Assembly: GCF_009914755.1 (NCBI RefSeq)
Contig: NC_060926.1
Origin: the human T2T-CHM13v2.0 reference genome, Homo sapiens
Length of the DNA: 64,000 nt
Strand: one strand, 5' to 3'
In this document: one piece after another, positions 13,697-25,960 of the stretch
Position numbering within the stretch: the stretch's first letter is position 1
Layout: each line of letters starts with the position of its first letter
Position numbers and translations under genes: made by a program
Notes under the pieces: model-generated
What the model was told of the DNA's origin: nothing
The model's database searches: none
What the model saw: only the letters and a program-made list of their open reading frames with translations

Positions 13697-15978
13697 TAAT
13701 ATGGTTTGGCTGCTATGTCCCCTTCCAAATGTCAACTTGAATTTATCTCCCAGAATTCCTATGTGTTGTGGGAGGGACCTAGGGGGAGGTAATTGAATCA
13801 TGGGGGCAGGTCTTTCCCATGTTATTCTCATGATAGTTAATAAGTCTCATGAGATCTAATGGGTTTATCAGGGGTTTCTGCTTTCGCTTCTTGCTCATTT
13901 TCTCTTGCTGCGCCCATGTAAGAAGAGCCTTTCGCCTCCTGCCATGATTCTGAGGCCTCCCCAGCCATGTAGAAGTGTAAGTCCATTTAAACCTTTTTGT
14001 TCCCAGTTTTGGGTATGTCTTTATCAGCAGCATGAAAACGAACTAATACAGTAAATTGGTACCGGGAATGGGGTATTGCTGAAAAGATACCCGAAAATGT
14101 GGAAGTGACTTAGGAACTGGGTAACAGGCAGAGGTTGGAACAGTTTGAAGGTTCAGAAGAAGACAGGAAAATGTGGGAAAGTTTGGAACTTCCTGGAGAC
14201 TTGTTGAATGGCTTTGCCCAAAATGCTGATAGTGATATGAACAATAAAATTCAGGTTGAGGTGGTGTCAGATGGAGATGAGGAACTTGTTGGGAACTGGA
14301 GTAAAGGTGACTCTTGTTATGTTTTAGCAAAGGGACTGGTGACATTTTGTCCATGCCCTAGAGATTTGTGGAACTTTGAACTTGAGAAAGATGATTTAGG
14401 GTTTCTCATGGAAGAAATTTCTAAGCAGCAAAGCATTCAAGAAGTGTCTTGGGTTGTTAAAGGCATCAAGTTTTATAAGAAAGCAGAACAGAAAAGTTCA
14501 GAAAATTTGCAGCCTGGTTATGCAAAAAAAAAAAAAAAAAATCCCATTTGCTGGGCAGAAATTCAAGCCAGCTGCAGAAATTTGCATAATAGCAAGGAGC
14601 CTAATGTTAATCCCCAAGACCATGGGGAAAATGTCTCTAGGCCATGTCACAGACATTCAAGGCAGTCCCTCCCATCACAGGCCCAGAGGCCAGGGAGAAA
14701 AAGTGGTTTTGTGGGCCTGGCCCAGGGTCCTATGCTGTGTGCAGCCTAGGGACTTGGTGCCCTGTGTCCCAGTCATTCCAGCCATGGCTGAAAGGAGCCA
14801 ACATAGAGCTCAGCCTGTGGCTTCAGAGAGTACAAGCCCCAAGACTCGGCAGCTTCCATGTGGTATCGAGCCTGGGAGTACACAGAAGTCAAGAATTGAG
14901 GTTTGGAAACCTCCGCCTAGATTTCAGACAATTTATAGAAATGCCTGGGTGCGCAGGCAAAAGTTTGCTACAGGGGTGAGGCCCTCATGAAGAACCTCTG
15001 CTAGGGCAGTGAGGAAGGGAAATGTGGGGTGGGAGCCCCCACATAGAGTCCCTACTGGGGCATTATCTAATGGAGCTGTGAGAAGAGGGCCACTGTCCTC
15101 CAGAACCCAAAACAGTAGATACACCCACGGTTTGCACCGTGCACCTAAAAAAGCCACAGACACTCAATACCAGCCGGTGAAAGCAGCCTGAAGGAAGTCT
15201 GTACCTTGCAAAGGCACAGGGGCAGAGCTGCTCAAGACCATGGGAACCCACCTCCTGCATCAGTGTGATCTGATTGTGAGACCTGGAGTCAAAGGAGATC
15301 ATTTTGGAGCTTTAAAATTTGACTGCCCCCCTGGATTTCAAATTTGCATGGGCCCTGTAACCCCTTTTTGTTTTGGCTAATTTCTCCCATTTGAAATGGC
15401 TGTATTTACCCAATACCTGTACCCTCATTGTATCTAGGAAGTAACTAGTTTGCTTTTAATTTTACAGGCTCATAGGCGGAAGGGACTTGCCTTGTCTCAG
15501 ATGAGACTTTGGACTGTGGGTTTTTGGGTTAACGCTAAAATGAGTTAAGACTTTGGGGGACTGTTGGGAAGCCATGATTGGTTTTTGAAATGTGAGGACA
15601 TGAGATTTGGAGGTCAGGAGCAGAATGATATGGTTTGGCTATGTCCCCACCAAATCTCAACTTGAATTGTATCTCCCAGAATTCCCATGTGTTGTGGGAG
15701 GGACCCAAGGGGATGTAATTGAATTATGGGGACTGGTCGTTCCATGCTATTCTCATGATAGTTAATAAGTCTCATGAGATCTGATGGGATTATCAGGGAT
15801 TTCTGCTTTTGCTTCTTCCTCATTTTCTCTTGCCACAGCCATGTAAGAAGAGCCTTTCACCTCCTGCCATGATTCTGAGGCCTCCCCAGCCAAATGGAGC
15901 TGTAAGTCCAATTAAACATTTTTTTTGTTCCCAGTTTCAGGTATATCTTCATCAGCAGCGTGAAAATGAACTAATACA
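13697..15978 (+). mobile_element. Complete THE1A MaLR element (LTR 13697-14050, internal 14051-15625, LTR 15626-15978)
   Basis: Two ~354-bp direct LTRs and a perfect 5-bp TSD ATAAG (13692-13696 / 15979-15983). The internal region starts GTAAATTGGTACC. Confidence 0.96.
14135..14749 (+). pseudogene. THE1-internal MaLR ORF remnant
   Basis: WESLELPGDLLNGFAQNADSD...GNWSKGDSCY...FCPCPRDLWNFELE is typical of MaLR internal ORFs; the frame shifts downstream. Confidence 0.75.
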
Positions 15979-16519
15979 ATAAGATTATGAATAATGTTTT
16001 TCTACTTTTCTCTATTTTCTAAATTTTCTTCATTTCTACTTTGTTATTTATATTAATAAAAATGAATGTGTCATGTATAATTTTTACTATTGTTAATTAT
16101 TAGCAATAATCATAATAAATTATAATTCAACCATGATCTTCTTGCTTAACTTTTGTTATTTTTCTTATAGCATTCTATTCAGGGAAGCACATATATAGGG
16201 TCATTATTGAAAGTATACCAAATTTTACTGCTAAATTTGTCATACAAACTGCCTCTGAGAATAAGCCTTGCACCATGTATTTAATAGAATCATTGAAATA
16301 CGGAAATATTTGTGTGTAACAACTTATAATTTCAAAAGATGAACAGAAAGAGCATTATCTAAAAACAAAGAGTATAGATTATACAATCTGAGGTTAATAA
16401 TATATTTTAATAATTAGTACCAGAGCAAAATTATTTTTTGCAAAGATCAGTGGTGATTTGCAAGGCTCTAAAGATGAACAATTTAAGATACTTAGGAATA
16501 AAACAATGAAATAAACTCC

Positions 16520-17045
16520 ACAAGTAAAGTAGTAAAATGAAATCTACCTACCATACATAAAGTAGAAAAATAAGCCACAAGTTGGGAAGAAAATATTTGT
16601 AACCCAAATAAACCACAAAGGAGTCACACCAGGATATATATTTTTAAAATCCACAAACTAATCAAAAAAAGACCAAAAGCCCAATTAGGAAAGGGCAGGA
16701 ATGAACAAAGAATGTGAAAAAACAATTCCCTCAGTAGAAAACTATAGTATACCTTTTAGTCTTAGTATATATATATATATATAAAGATGGCCAATATCTC
16801 TTATAATTAGGGAAACACACATTAACAAACAGTGAGATACCATTTATGATAATATTAACTTATCTGACAATTTTTTATATCTGACAATACTTTATGATTG
16901 AGTCTTTTTTAATTCACCTCTTCATTATCAATTGTTAGTGAGGGCATGGAACAACATGTGGGAGGGCAAATTGGTACTACTACTTACTTGGAAAGCAATT
17001 TTGGTAATACCTAGTGAAATGGAAGATGTGCTCACACAACAACCA
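16520..17045 (+). mobile_element. Ancient L1ME-like fragment
   Basis: Degenerate L1 ORF2 3' motifs (AATTAGGGAAA..CACATTAA, GAGATACCATT). Confidence 0.5.
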
Positions 17046-18929
17046 GAAAAATGGCCCCCAAAATGACTTAAAACACTTGGTAAAATATAAGAAACATTAT
17101 CTGAAAAGCATAGATGATGCATTCACAAGAAAATAAGACAAATGCTTTGGGACCAGAAAAGAAAAGGAAAAACTACAATTGTGTTATATGAGTTGTCAGT
17201 GTGGCTGTCTGGGGAGTTCTGCCAATCCTTGTAAATGTAGACACATGGATCGTCATGACCACAAGGGTAAAGAACAAAAGGTCTTTGTTTTGAGAGAAGC
17301 TGAAATTTAGAACTGGGACTACCATCCCTCCCTCCCACAAGACACCAAAAACACTCACAAAAACATGCACGCACACATGCACACATTGACAAATGTGGTG
17401 CTTGGATGCTAGAAGCCTACACCTTCAGTGAAAGGGTGGAATAAAAATAGATCTACCCATTAGCAATGGGAAATACATAAGTCATTTGTTTTGTATGGGC
17501 TCTGGGTAGAAAATTATCTCCTCTGAGAATTTTTAACACCAGGTCTGTGCATACATAAATTTGAAATTTGAATGTACATTACCACATGGCCTAGGAGTCT
17601 CTGATTTAAGAAATTAACTCTAAAGTGGTGTAGGCTGGATGCATAGCACAAACAAAAGCAAACTTTGCTGGAAGCAACACCCTGAATCTGTCCCAACCCC
17701 TTTTACAAAAGAACTCTTTATAAATTTATGGATATAAAGGGAACTATAAGAGATAAACACTAACCGAGGACTAGGGGTAGCAGAGGCTGTTATCACTTCT
17801 AGCAAGAAAGGGGAACGGAAGAAGGTGAATACTGGAATCTAGGTGAAAATTAGGTAGATAAGGTCATTGTGAGTAGAGCAGTTGACCTTCACTTGATAAA
17901 CACCTGAGAACATGTGAGATTAACAAAGACATGTTCTGCATCACTGTTTGTAAATGAAAAAAAAAAACAAAACAGTATGCTTTTTAAATGCCCATTTACT
18001 GGACAAAAAATTAATAAATTGTGGTGTGGTCATTCACTGGAATAATGAATAGCACTTATAATAAATGAAAAGTACTACATTTATCAATCTGTATATATTT
18101 CAAAAAATATAACAAGTGAAATAAGTAGCTTGCAAAAGATTCTTACAATAAAATCACTTTAATAATAATAACTTCAATATAAATTTTTAGTTTGTAAAGC
18201 AATATTTTGCTGCTTATATGTGCATACTAACTACCCACCCCTTTCCACCAGCACTGCACTAGTTCATCCTTATTATGTTAGACGTAGCTCCAAAGTCCAT
18301 TGTGAAGTTTCTTCCAGATGCATATTATCCACACCCACCATCCTCTGAACCTGACATTTTTGTCTCACTCACTTTCCCTCTCCTCATTCCATCAGACTTA
18401 CAAGGAGAAAACTATCCTCCCTTCCTGCATGGCAGAAAATTTCCATTATTCCTGACTTATACAAACAACATTCAAGCCCACCAGATCTAGCTTTCAGTAT
18501 ACTAATGGAAGCTTTCAATATTTAGAAAATCCATACTCCCTCTACAAACCCTAACTGTGGGGCTTTTTACTTTTCATTTTTTACTTGTACTAAACCCAGA
18601 TTCCAGAGAACTCGAAATGGTTTACAAGGAAGGAGTCTCAGAAACCCATCAGCATTCCATTCCCTCCTCATCCAGGAGGATATATTTATTGCAGAGAAGG
18701 AATATGGAGTGTTCATTAAATGTTTCTTTTCTTGGCTATGGTGGGCCATCAGATAGTCCTCTGTGTCATGGTCAAAACAAATCCATCTGCTTCTATACTT
18801 CCAAAGTTCTGGGCAATGGTGGGCTGATATGGCTTTTATCCCATGTTGAAAGACATCCTCAAGATCCATAAAATTAGTGACTAGCTGGTAAAACATTTGT
18901 AAATCTTGTCACACTGGAAGCAGGCTAGG

Positions 18930-19110
18930 ATTTCAGAGCCAGAAAATATTATAAAATTTACCTAGTCTTATATTATCACTTACTGATGAGTAAATTGAAG
19001 ACTAGTGAGGTTAGAAAGTTCCCAGTGTAACTCAGCTAGTGAGTGAGGCAGGTAAGAACCAGAGACAGGTCAAGAATCAAGCTGCTTAATTCCTACTCCA
19101 GTGCAATTTC
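18930..19110 (-). mobile_element. MIR
   Basis: Core-like ACTGATGAGTAAATTGAAGACTAGTGAGGTTA...CAGCTAGTGAGTG. Confidence 0.6.
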
Positions 19111-19317
19111 CTCTGAAGGAGAAAAACTGTCTCACACCTGGTACGAAAGCCAACCTTTCTTCCTTTGGGGAAGAAATTAACATTTCTGGCAAAATGCTTA
19201 AGCAAATTTCTTGTGAAGTTTAATTAAAATCTTGTTATGGGACACCATTTCCTTCCCACACAGCTGTCAGTCAAGAGTGACCCTTAACCAAACTTTTTCT
19301 TTCATTTATATCTAATC

Positions 19318-19506
19318 CAGTGACTTCAAATTTTACTGCACATAAGAATCACCCAGGAAGGTTTTCTAATTCTCAACATCCAGATCAAAACCCCATACTA
19401 ATTAAATCAGAATGTACAGGGATAGAAGCCAGGTATCAATATCCAATATCTTTTAAAGCTTCTCTCCTAGATGGGTCCAATGTGTAATAAAGTTTGGAAA
19501 CCACTG
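19318..19506. mobile_element. MER5-like hAT-Charlie MITE
   Basis: Inverted ends CAGTGACTTCAAA ... TTTGGAAACCACTG, with internal AGAATCACC and AATCAGAAT motifs. Confidence 0.75.
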
Positions 19507-20279
19507 ATATAGCCCAACAATGATTAACCATCTCTCTCTCTCGCTCTCTCTTTCTCAATTGCTCTCTTTTCTCTTTTTCTCACAAATGACCTATGAAGGA
19601 TGAATCTTGGAACTGGCCACAGGAGGCTTTTTCCCTGGCATGAATTTACTATTTTTCTAAAGTTTATCCCCCTTTGCACTGTCTTCCAAAGTTAAATGAT
19701 AGACTTGGATGCTTTAAAAAAGAATACATTTAAAAGACAAAAAAAAATTCTTAAAATTTTTACATTTATATTAGGAAAATCTAAGATAATTTAGTTATTC
19801 AGGGTAAATAAAATCACGACTAGTAATTTACTGCCAGAAAAACAATCTTTGATTAACACCAAATAACTATTTAACTAAGCACTTTATGTTTCTCCCGTAA
19901 TTGTGGAAGTACTCGCTTGCTCTTCATTATACAATTATTGGACTGCTAATGCTTTCACAAGCTATAATCACTATTTTTGGCCTCTCCCCATCCATAGCTA
20001 TAGCTCTAATTGAGTTTACTAAGGAAGTACATTATGCAGTTGTCCATCAGAGACTGAGGCCAATTTCCTGACTTCCTAAATAGCTAGTCACAGAACTATA
20101 ATATCTGGCAGAGAATACTAGAAATCTGAAATACCTCCATTATTGAACATCTGATTTTTCTGTCAGATTAACTGTTTTTCTAAACTGTGTTTCCTATGCA
20201 TTCATTAACCTGCAAGACTAAATATGTGGTTAAAGTATATGAGAGCAGCCACAACTAATATTATTGATACAGGAGAGAT

Positions 20280-20460
20280 ATTTATTGAACTTCCAATATG
20301 TACCAGGCCCTAATTAAGCACTTTATAGACCTTACCTTATTTAATCTTTACAAAAATTTTAAGAGGCATTTTATTTTATAGTGATGTAAATTGAAACTCT
20401 GGGAGATTAAGCAGCGTGTCCAAGGCAGCCTGTTTGGGAGATGACAGTCAGGATTCATTC
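20280..20460 (-). mobile_element. MIR
   Basis: TTTATTGAAC..TATGTACCAGGC...GAGATTAAG...CCAAGG. Confidence 0.6.
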
Positions 20461-20714
20461 TGTCAAACAATGAAAAAAATAAAAAGGCTGCCAGATTTGT
20501 TGTTGTTGTTAAATTCCAAATCTACTAACTTGCCAGAGAAGAGAACATAGGCCAATGAAAAAAAGTTACTGAGCACTTGACTGAAGGAAAAAAGTCAGAG
20601 TAATTACTAGAAAAGAGGAGTTCATGGTGTTTATGCTAGTTAAGTATTAAAAATTACTCTGTATAGAATCAAATAAATACATATTATTTGTAAACAGTCT
20701 GTTAAAACAAACCC

Positions 20715-21620
20715 CAATTCCCACAAAGGGCTTGTATTCAGAATTTACATGTTTTTTAAAAAACTCTTAAAATTCAGTAATAAGAGCCCGGTTTTTAGAA
20801 ATTAGGCAAAAGATTTAAAGCAACATTTTACTAAAGCAAATATACAAATGGAAAATAAACACATGATAATATGCTCAACATCATCGGTCTTCAGAAAAAT
20901 TCAAATTAAAACCATAATATGATATCACTGCAAATCAATTTGAGTAACTCAAATTCAAAAAACTACAAATACCAAGTGCTGTCAAGGATGCAGAGTAAAT
21001 AGAACTCTTATACATTGCTGGGGCCAGGAGAGGATACAAAGTGGTACAAATGTTTTGGGAAATCATTTGACAGTTTCTTAAAAAATTAAACATACACCTA
21101 TCACATGACACAGAAATCTCACATTTCATACAAGAAATAAAAATGTATTTCATACATAAACCAATACATGAATAGTTATGGAAGTTTTATTCATAACCTC
21201 CAAAAACAGGAAAGGAAAGGGAAGGGGAATATTTATGGCAGCCTTATTCATAACCTCCAAAAACAGGAAAGGAAGGGGAAAGGGAAAAATATATCCTTCA
21301 ATAAGTGAATGGGTAATAAAGCGTGTTATGTGAAAGAAGCCAGTTTCAAAGGCTGTAAACAATATGATTTCATATACACAACATCCAAGAAAAAACAAAA
21401 ATATGGAAACAGAAAAAAGACTAGTGGTCAACAAGGATTAGGGATAAGGACAGTATTTGACTGCAAAAGGTCAGCAAGAAGAAATTTTGGGGAGCAATGG
21501 ATTTGTTCTGTGTACTGATTATAATGGTAATTACACACATCTATAGAAGAGTTAAAACTCATACACACATATACACAAAGATAAGTTTATGACATGTTAG
21601 TATTTTTTTAATAAAATGAA
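20715..21620 (+). mobile_element. Old L1M 3' fragment with a ~57-bp internal tandem duplication (21171-21292)
   Basis: L1 3' motifs. TTATTCATAACCTCCAAAAACAGGAAAGGAA occurs at 21187 and 21244. Confidence 0.7.
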
Positions 21621-23996
21621 ATCTTTAGTCAGTGGGGGAAAAATGTTTCATTGCTCATTTGTCAGGAAAGAGGCTTCATTTAGGCTTACTAGGGTTCTGG
21701 CATACTGGAATTACACTAAGTTCATGGACATTTATTAGCTTCGGTTGATTGGCATCAACTGTGATGAAGCCCCACAACATTCAGCTTTTATATCTCCTAG
21801 GAAAGGGTAGCTGTGACTTAAAAAAGTTATTTTTCCAGTCCCTCTTCTTGATGTTTCTACACCCTAAGGCAACAAAATGAACACACAAAAGATAAGCAAA
21901 TCATCAGATTTTAGAGTTGCATCACCATGTTGGTTTTAAGTGTCAGACTCTCAAAATTCCATTGTGTTTATTTAAGTTAACTGGATTTTCTTTTGAGGTA
22001 GAATTATCTGACATATGAACCAAAAGGATGATGGAAGCCCAAAGGCACTTAAGGCCCTATTAACAAACAATACACTGGAAAATGGCAACAACTCTAGGTA
22101 CAACATAACAAATGTTTATAAAGCACCCCTTAAACAGTTGTTTTTTATTTGGACAAGCCCAAAAGTACAATATCCAAAGGGTTGGTTTTCCCTACCTTGG
22201 ACATCAAATTGATTTGTTCTTGGATTATACATTAGGATACAAATGCAATAGGAGTAACCAGAACACAAATGCTACCTTATTTAGTGAGGAAATATCTAAA
22301 GTGATTCTATTATCTAGCACCTTTGTAACAAGCAAGTTGAAGCTTTTATGTTGAGTTTATATAGCACACACAGTCTACAAAGTTTCATTTGCTGTTAGTA
22401 TCATTGTAAGGATAGTTTCAAATGCAGCACTTAGGAATCTCAAGCCAAAGGGGAAAACTGTGCTCTAAGCAATGGAAACCAGTATCTCCAACCTCTCCAA
22501 GGAGACTGTCATGTCAACAGACAGTTAGATGAGAGAAGAATAAATCATCTTGGACACTACTAGTATAGAAATATTAAACCCAAAGTGTCATATAAACCTT
22601 TCCCATGTGGTACCCTCCTTACTCTCTCCAAGGCCCACAAAGTGACATGATATTACTGTGGTATAAGTATACTAAGTCACATGCACACAGCCTGGAATTT
22701 TGGTAAGTTCTGTCAGTATACTTGAGTATCTTAAGTTACAACAGTAAAGTATAGCTAATCCAAGCAGTGTGAAAAAAATTTTCCTTGATCATTTGTTGAG
22801 TGAAAAATGTTGTTATTTACTGTGATATCCCATCAGCAGTATTTTACAACATATGGGTTACAAAAAAGCTATGATCTTTTATATGAGCTATTCATGGCAT
22901 ATTTATAAGGATTAAAGTAACACTTGGAATATATTTTGAAGTTTTTGCCTTATAATTAGTTTTGGTTTTTTACAAAAGCAGTGGCTGCATATCATCAACA
23001 AGGAAGGTATAATTTTTACAGAAAGGGTTATAAATCATGAAATAATCACAAACAAAAATTGATTTCCAGGGATGAATTTTATCATAATTGCAGCTGGCAA
23101 TATTTTTAGCAGAATGCCTTAATAGACAGAAACTTCCTTGGTATTCCAGAAGGATGACAAACTCACGTTAATTAAATTTCCTGATACAACAGTGGCCTTG
23201 CTGAATCTAACGAATAGTTGTTTATATAAAGAGATTTTCCTAGAATTAGGATGGGCAGAAAAATATAATACTTAATTCATTATTACAAATAATTAACAAA
23301 TTAAAATGCAAGCAAGTAGTTCTATTTGTAGAACATTGACCTGAATATCAGGTTATCTGCTTTAGGTTAATCTGAGTAAAGTAGAAATGAATTAAACACT
23401 AAGGGAAGAATCTTTGAAACATCTAATACATTCTTTTGGGAGGGTGGGGATAAAACATGAACAAATTTAAAAGATGATAATGATGAAAACTAAAGACTGG
23501 CAATCAACAACACTACCTAGTACACAACTCAAAAATTCTGGAACCAAAGCACACTTGGAAAGGACTCAAACATCAGGCTATACCCATGGGATTTCTGAGG
23601 GAGAAATTGTCAAGGAAATCAGTGTAGCACAGGCTAACAGAGAATGGGAAGCAAACAAAATGTGCCAAGTCAGGCACAGAACTGATAGAAGCTACTTGGG
23701 TGCTGAGTACAGTTGGTCCAGGATGAATCTCAAGACAAAGATCTTTTGCTATCATATCCCTTATATGTAGGCCAATTACTCATCCAAGCTGGAACTCATG
23801 AAGAGAAAGAAGGCATTAAAAGTAATTAAAATTACCTGATTTTTTTGAAAGATTATTGATCAACAAATTATTTGCATTATATTGTTAGACTATTTAAATA
23901 GTACTATCCAACTACTACTTTTTTAAAAAAATTCTCTAAAAAACTGAAAATAACCATGTTCATGTATACTAAACACAATTTTAAAAACTCATATTA

Positions 23997-24150
23997 GCAG
24001 GGCATGGTGGCACAGGCCTGTGGTCCCAGCTACTTAGGAGGATTGCTTGAGCCCAGGAGTTTAGGCTACATGCAGTGAGCTACGCACTCCAGCCACTACA
24101 CTCCAGCCTGGGCAACAGAATTAGACCCATCTCTAGAACAAATAAATGAC
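23997..24150 (+). mobile_element. Alu monomer (FLAM/FRAM-like)
   Basis: Single Alu arm with the flanking repeat AAAACTCATATTA on both sides. Confidence 0.8.
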
Positions 24151-24269
24151 TAAATAACCATTTTTTAAAACTCATATTAAATATGTGAACACTAACAAAT
24201 AACAAAAGCAGAAAAATTATCATCATTTTCATCATTTTTAAAATAATATTTTTCCCTAATACTATATCC

Positions 24270-25960
24270 TGGTGTTTTTCTGAAGACTTCATTTTTCTGT
24301 ATAATTTTTTTTTTGTTTCATAAAACTGCCTGCATTTTCTTCAGTATTTTGGAAAATTATTGACATCTGCAATGGATACTTCTCTGTAGACCACAGGTTT
24401 TAAATACAGAATTCTCTGGATAGGTGCCAAGATGCTTGATAAACTCAGTGTAATTTCTGCTAAACAGAGAATATTATCAATGATAATTTCTGTACTAGTG
24501 ATTATTTAAATCCAAACATTTTCACAGGCACTGTCTTTTGCCTCACAAAGTGCTTTTCAAAGGCCTTTTCTTCAACAAATATTTTTACAAGACAAATCTT
24601 ATCAAATAAGTCATCTCTCTTTATGAATCTTTTTAATGCTTTGCCAAACTTGAATGCTGCAAAATTATAGTCCTTCTCAGTTTCGTTCCATTCTGGCATA
24701 AAACATAAATTTATCTAATTAAAAATAGAAGCTCCATCAAAAGATTCTTCTCACAAGTCATGATACTGCAATATGCAGCTATAGAATTTCAAATTTAAAT
24801 CTTATACTACATTTGAGATCATAAATTAATTTGTTCAGTTGTGTCACTGGAAAAAGTTCAATGTCATAAGGTTTTGCAGTAATTATACTTTGTTACAAGT
24901 TTCAAATGCTGAGATTTTGGAAGCTATGTTTATTACTACATTGATTAAATTTTTCAACTTAATTTGATGAAAATGCAATAAAAACTTAGCACTTGTTTAA
25001 ATTTCTTTACCATTACAGTTAGACTTAAGATGATTTACAAAGAAATTCTTCAGATTTAAACATTCCTAAAATTCATTTGATAATAGACAGTAAGAAATAC
25101 ATGCCATCATGCCACAGTACTTTTTAAAATTAAAACTTAGCTATATCACAAAAAATGTGGTTTCCTAATTATATATTAAAATATTTGTAAATTCTTATAA
25201 CTACAACTTCTACTTTGAATGGTAGAATTTCAGCTCCTATTGTGTAGAATATTGCATCACAACCAATCCCAGAGTACAAGTTTTAATTTAATGAGAACAT
25301 TGCTTTTACCACAACCCTGTGCTCCACCAAAATATATATGCATATTACCATGAAAAACAAATGATTTTATCAACAGTGTTAACTGTTTTAACTGGATTTT
25401 TGATAACATTCATAGTTAATGCCAGTTGCTTCAGCTTTGACAAAATGAACTTCCACGTTTTTCTTTAACTTCTATGAATTGGATGAAAATATCAAACCAT
25501 TATAGGAATAAACAAACAATTTTCTATTTTAAGTATCTGATGGCAGACTATTTTAAAAATTGTTATCATTTAACTGATTGCAAAGTGCTGCTAATGGAGC
25601 TGACACATATACAATCAGTATTGTTTCATAGGTATACTAGAAAACAGAATCAAAAAGGAGCAAAACTAATATAGAAGAGTAGTTATTTGGTATAAATAAA
25701 GTGTTGTGCTTTCCACAGTGGTGTACGTAGACACATTCTGCAGACTTACCTATTAAATTGTGGTCTTCAGACATAATCTTCTTAAAATAACGATTCATTT
25801 TTGAGGCAGATGCTAATATTGTTTCAGCATGCGCTCCCCCTGCCCACCATTGGGTGGTAAATGTCCACAAATATTTTGTATTAATTATCTGTAAGAGTCA
25901 AAAATTGCACTACTTAATCTGACGTCTTAATGCACTTTTGATGTTTTGAGAGTTATTAAA
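24270..25960 (-). mobile_element. Decayed hAT-superfamily (Blackjack-like) transposase coding region
   Basis: Minus-strand fragments in hAT order: SAECVYVHHCGKHN; YFGGAQGCGKSNVLIKLK; PEWNE...RDDLFDKICLVKIFVEE; NILCLAEITLSLSSILAPIQRI; WSTEK; RQFYE...KMKSSEKH. Many stops and frameshifts. Confidence 0.75.

Noticed and set aside
14043-15302. Several overlapping 75-200 aa ORFs as host genes
   Set aside because: All lie within the THE1A internal region.
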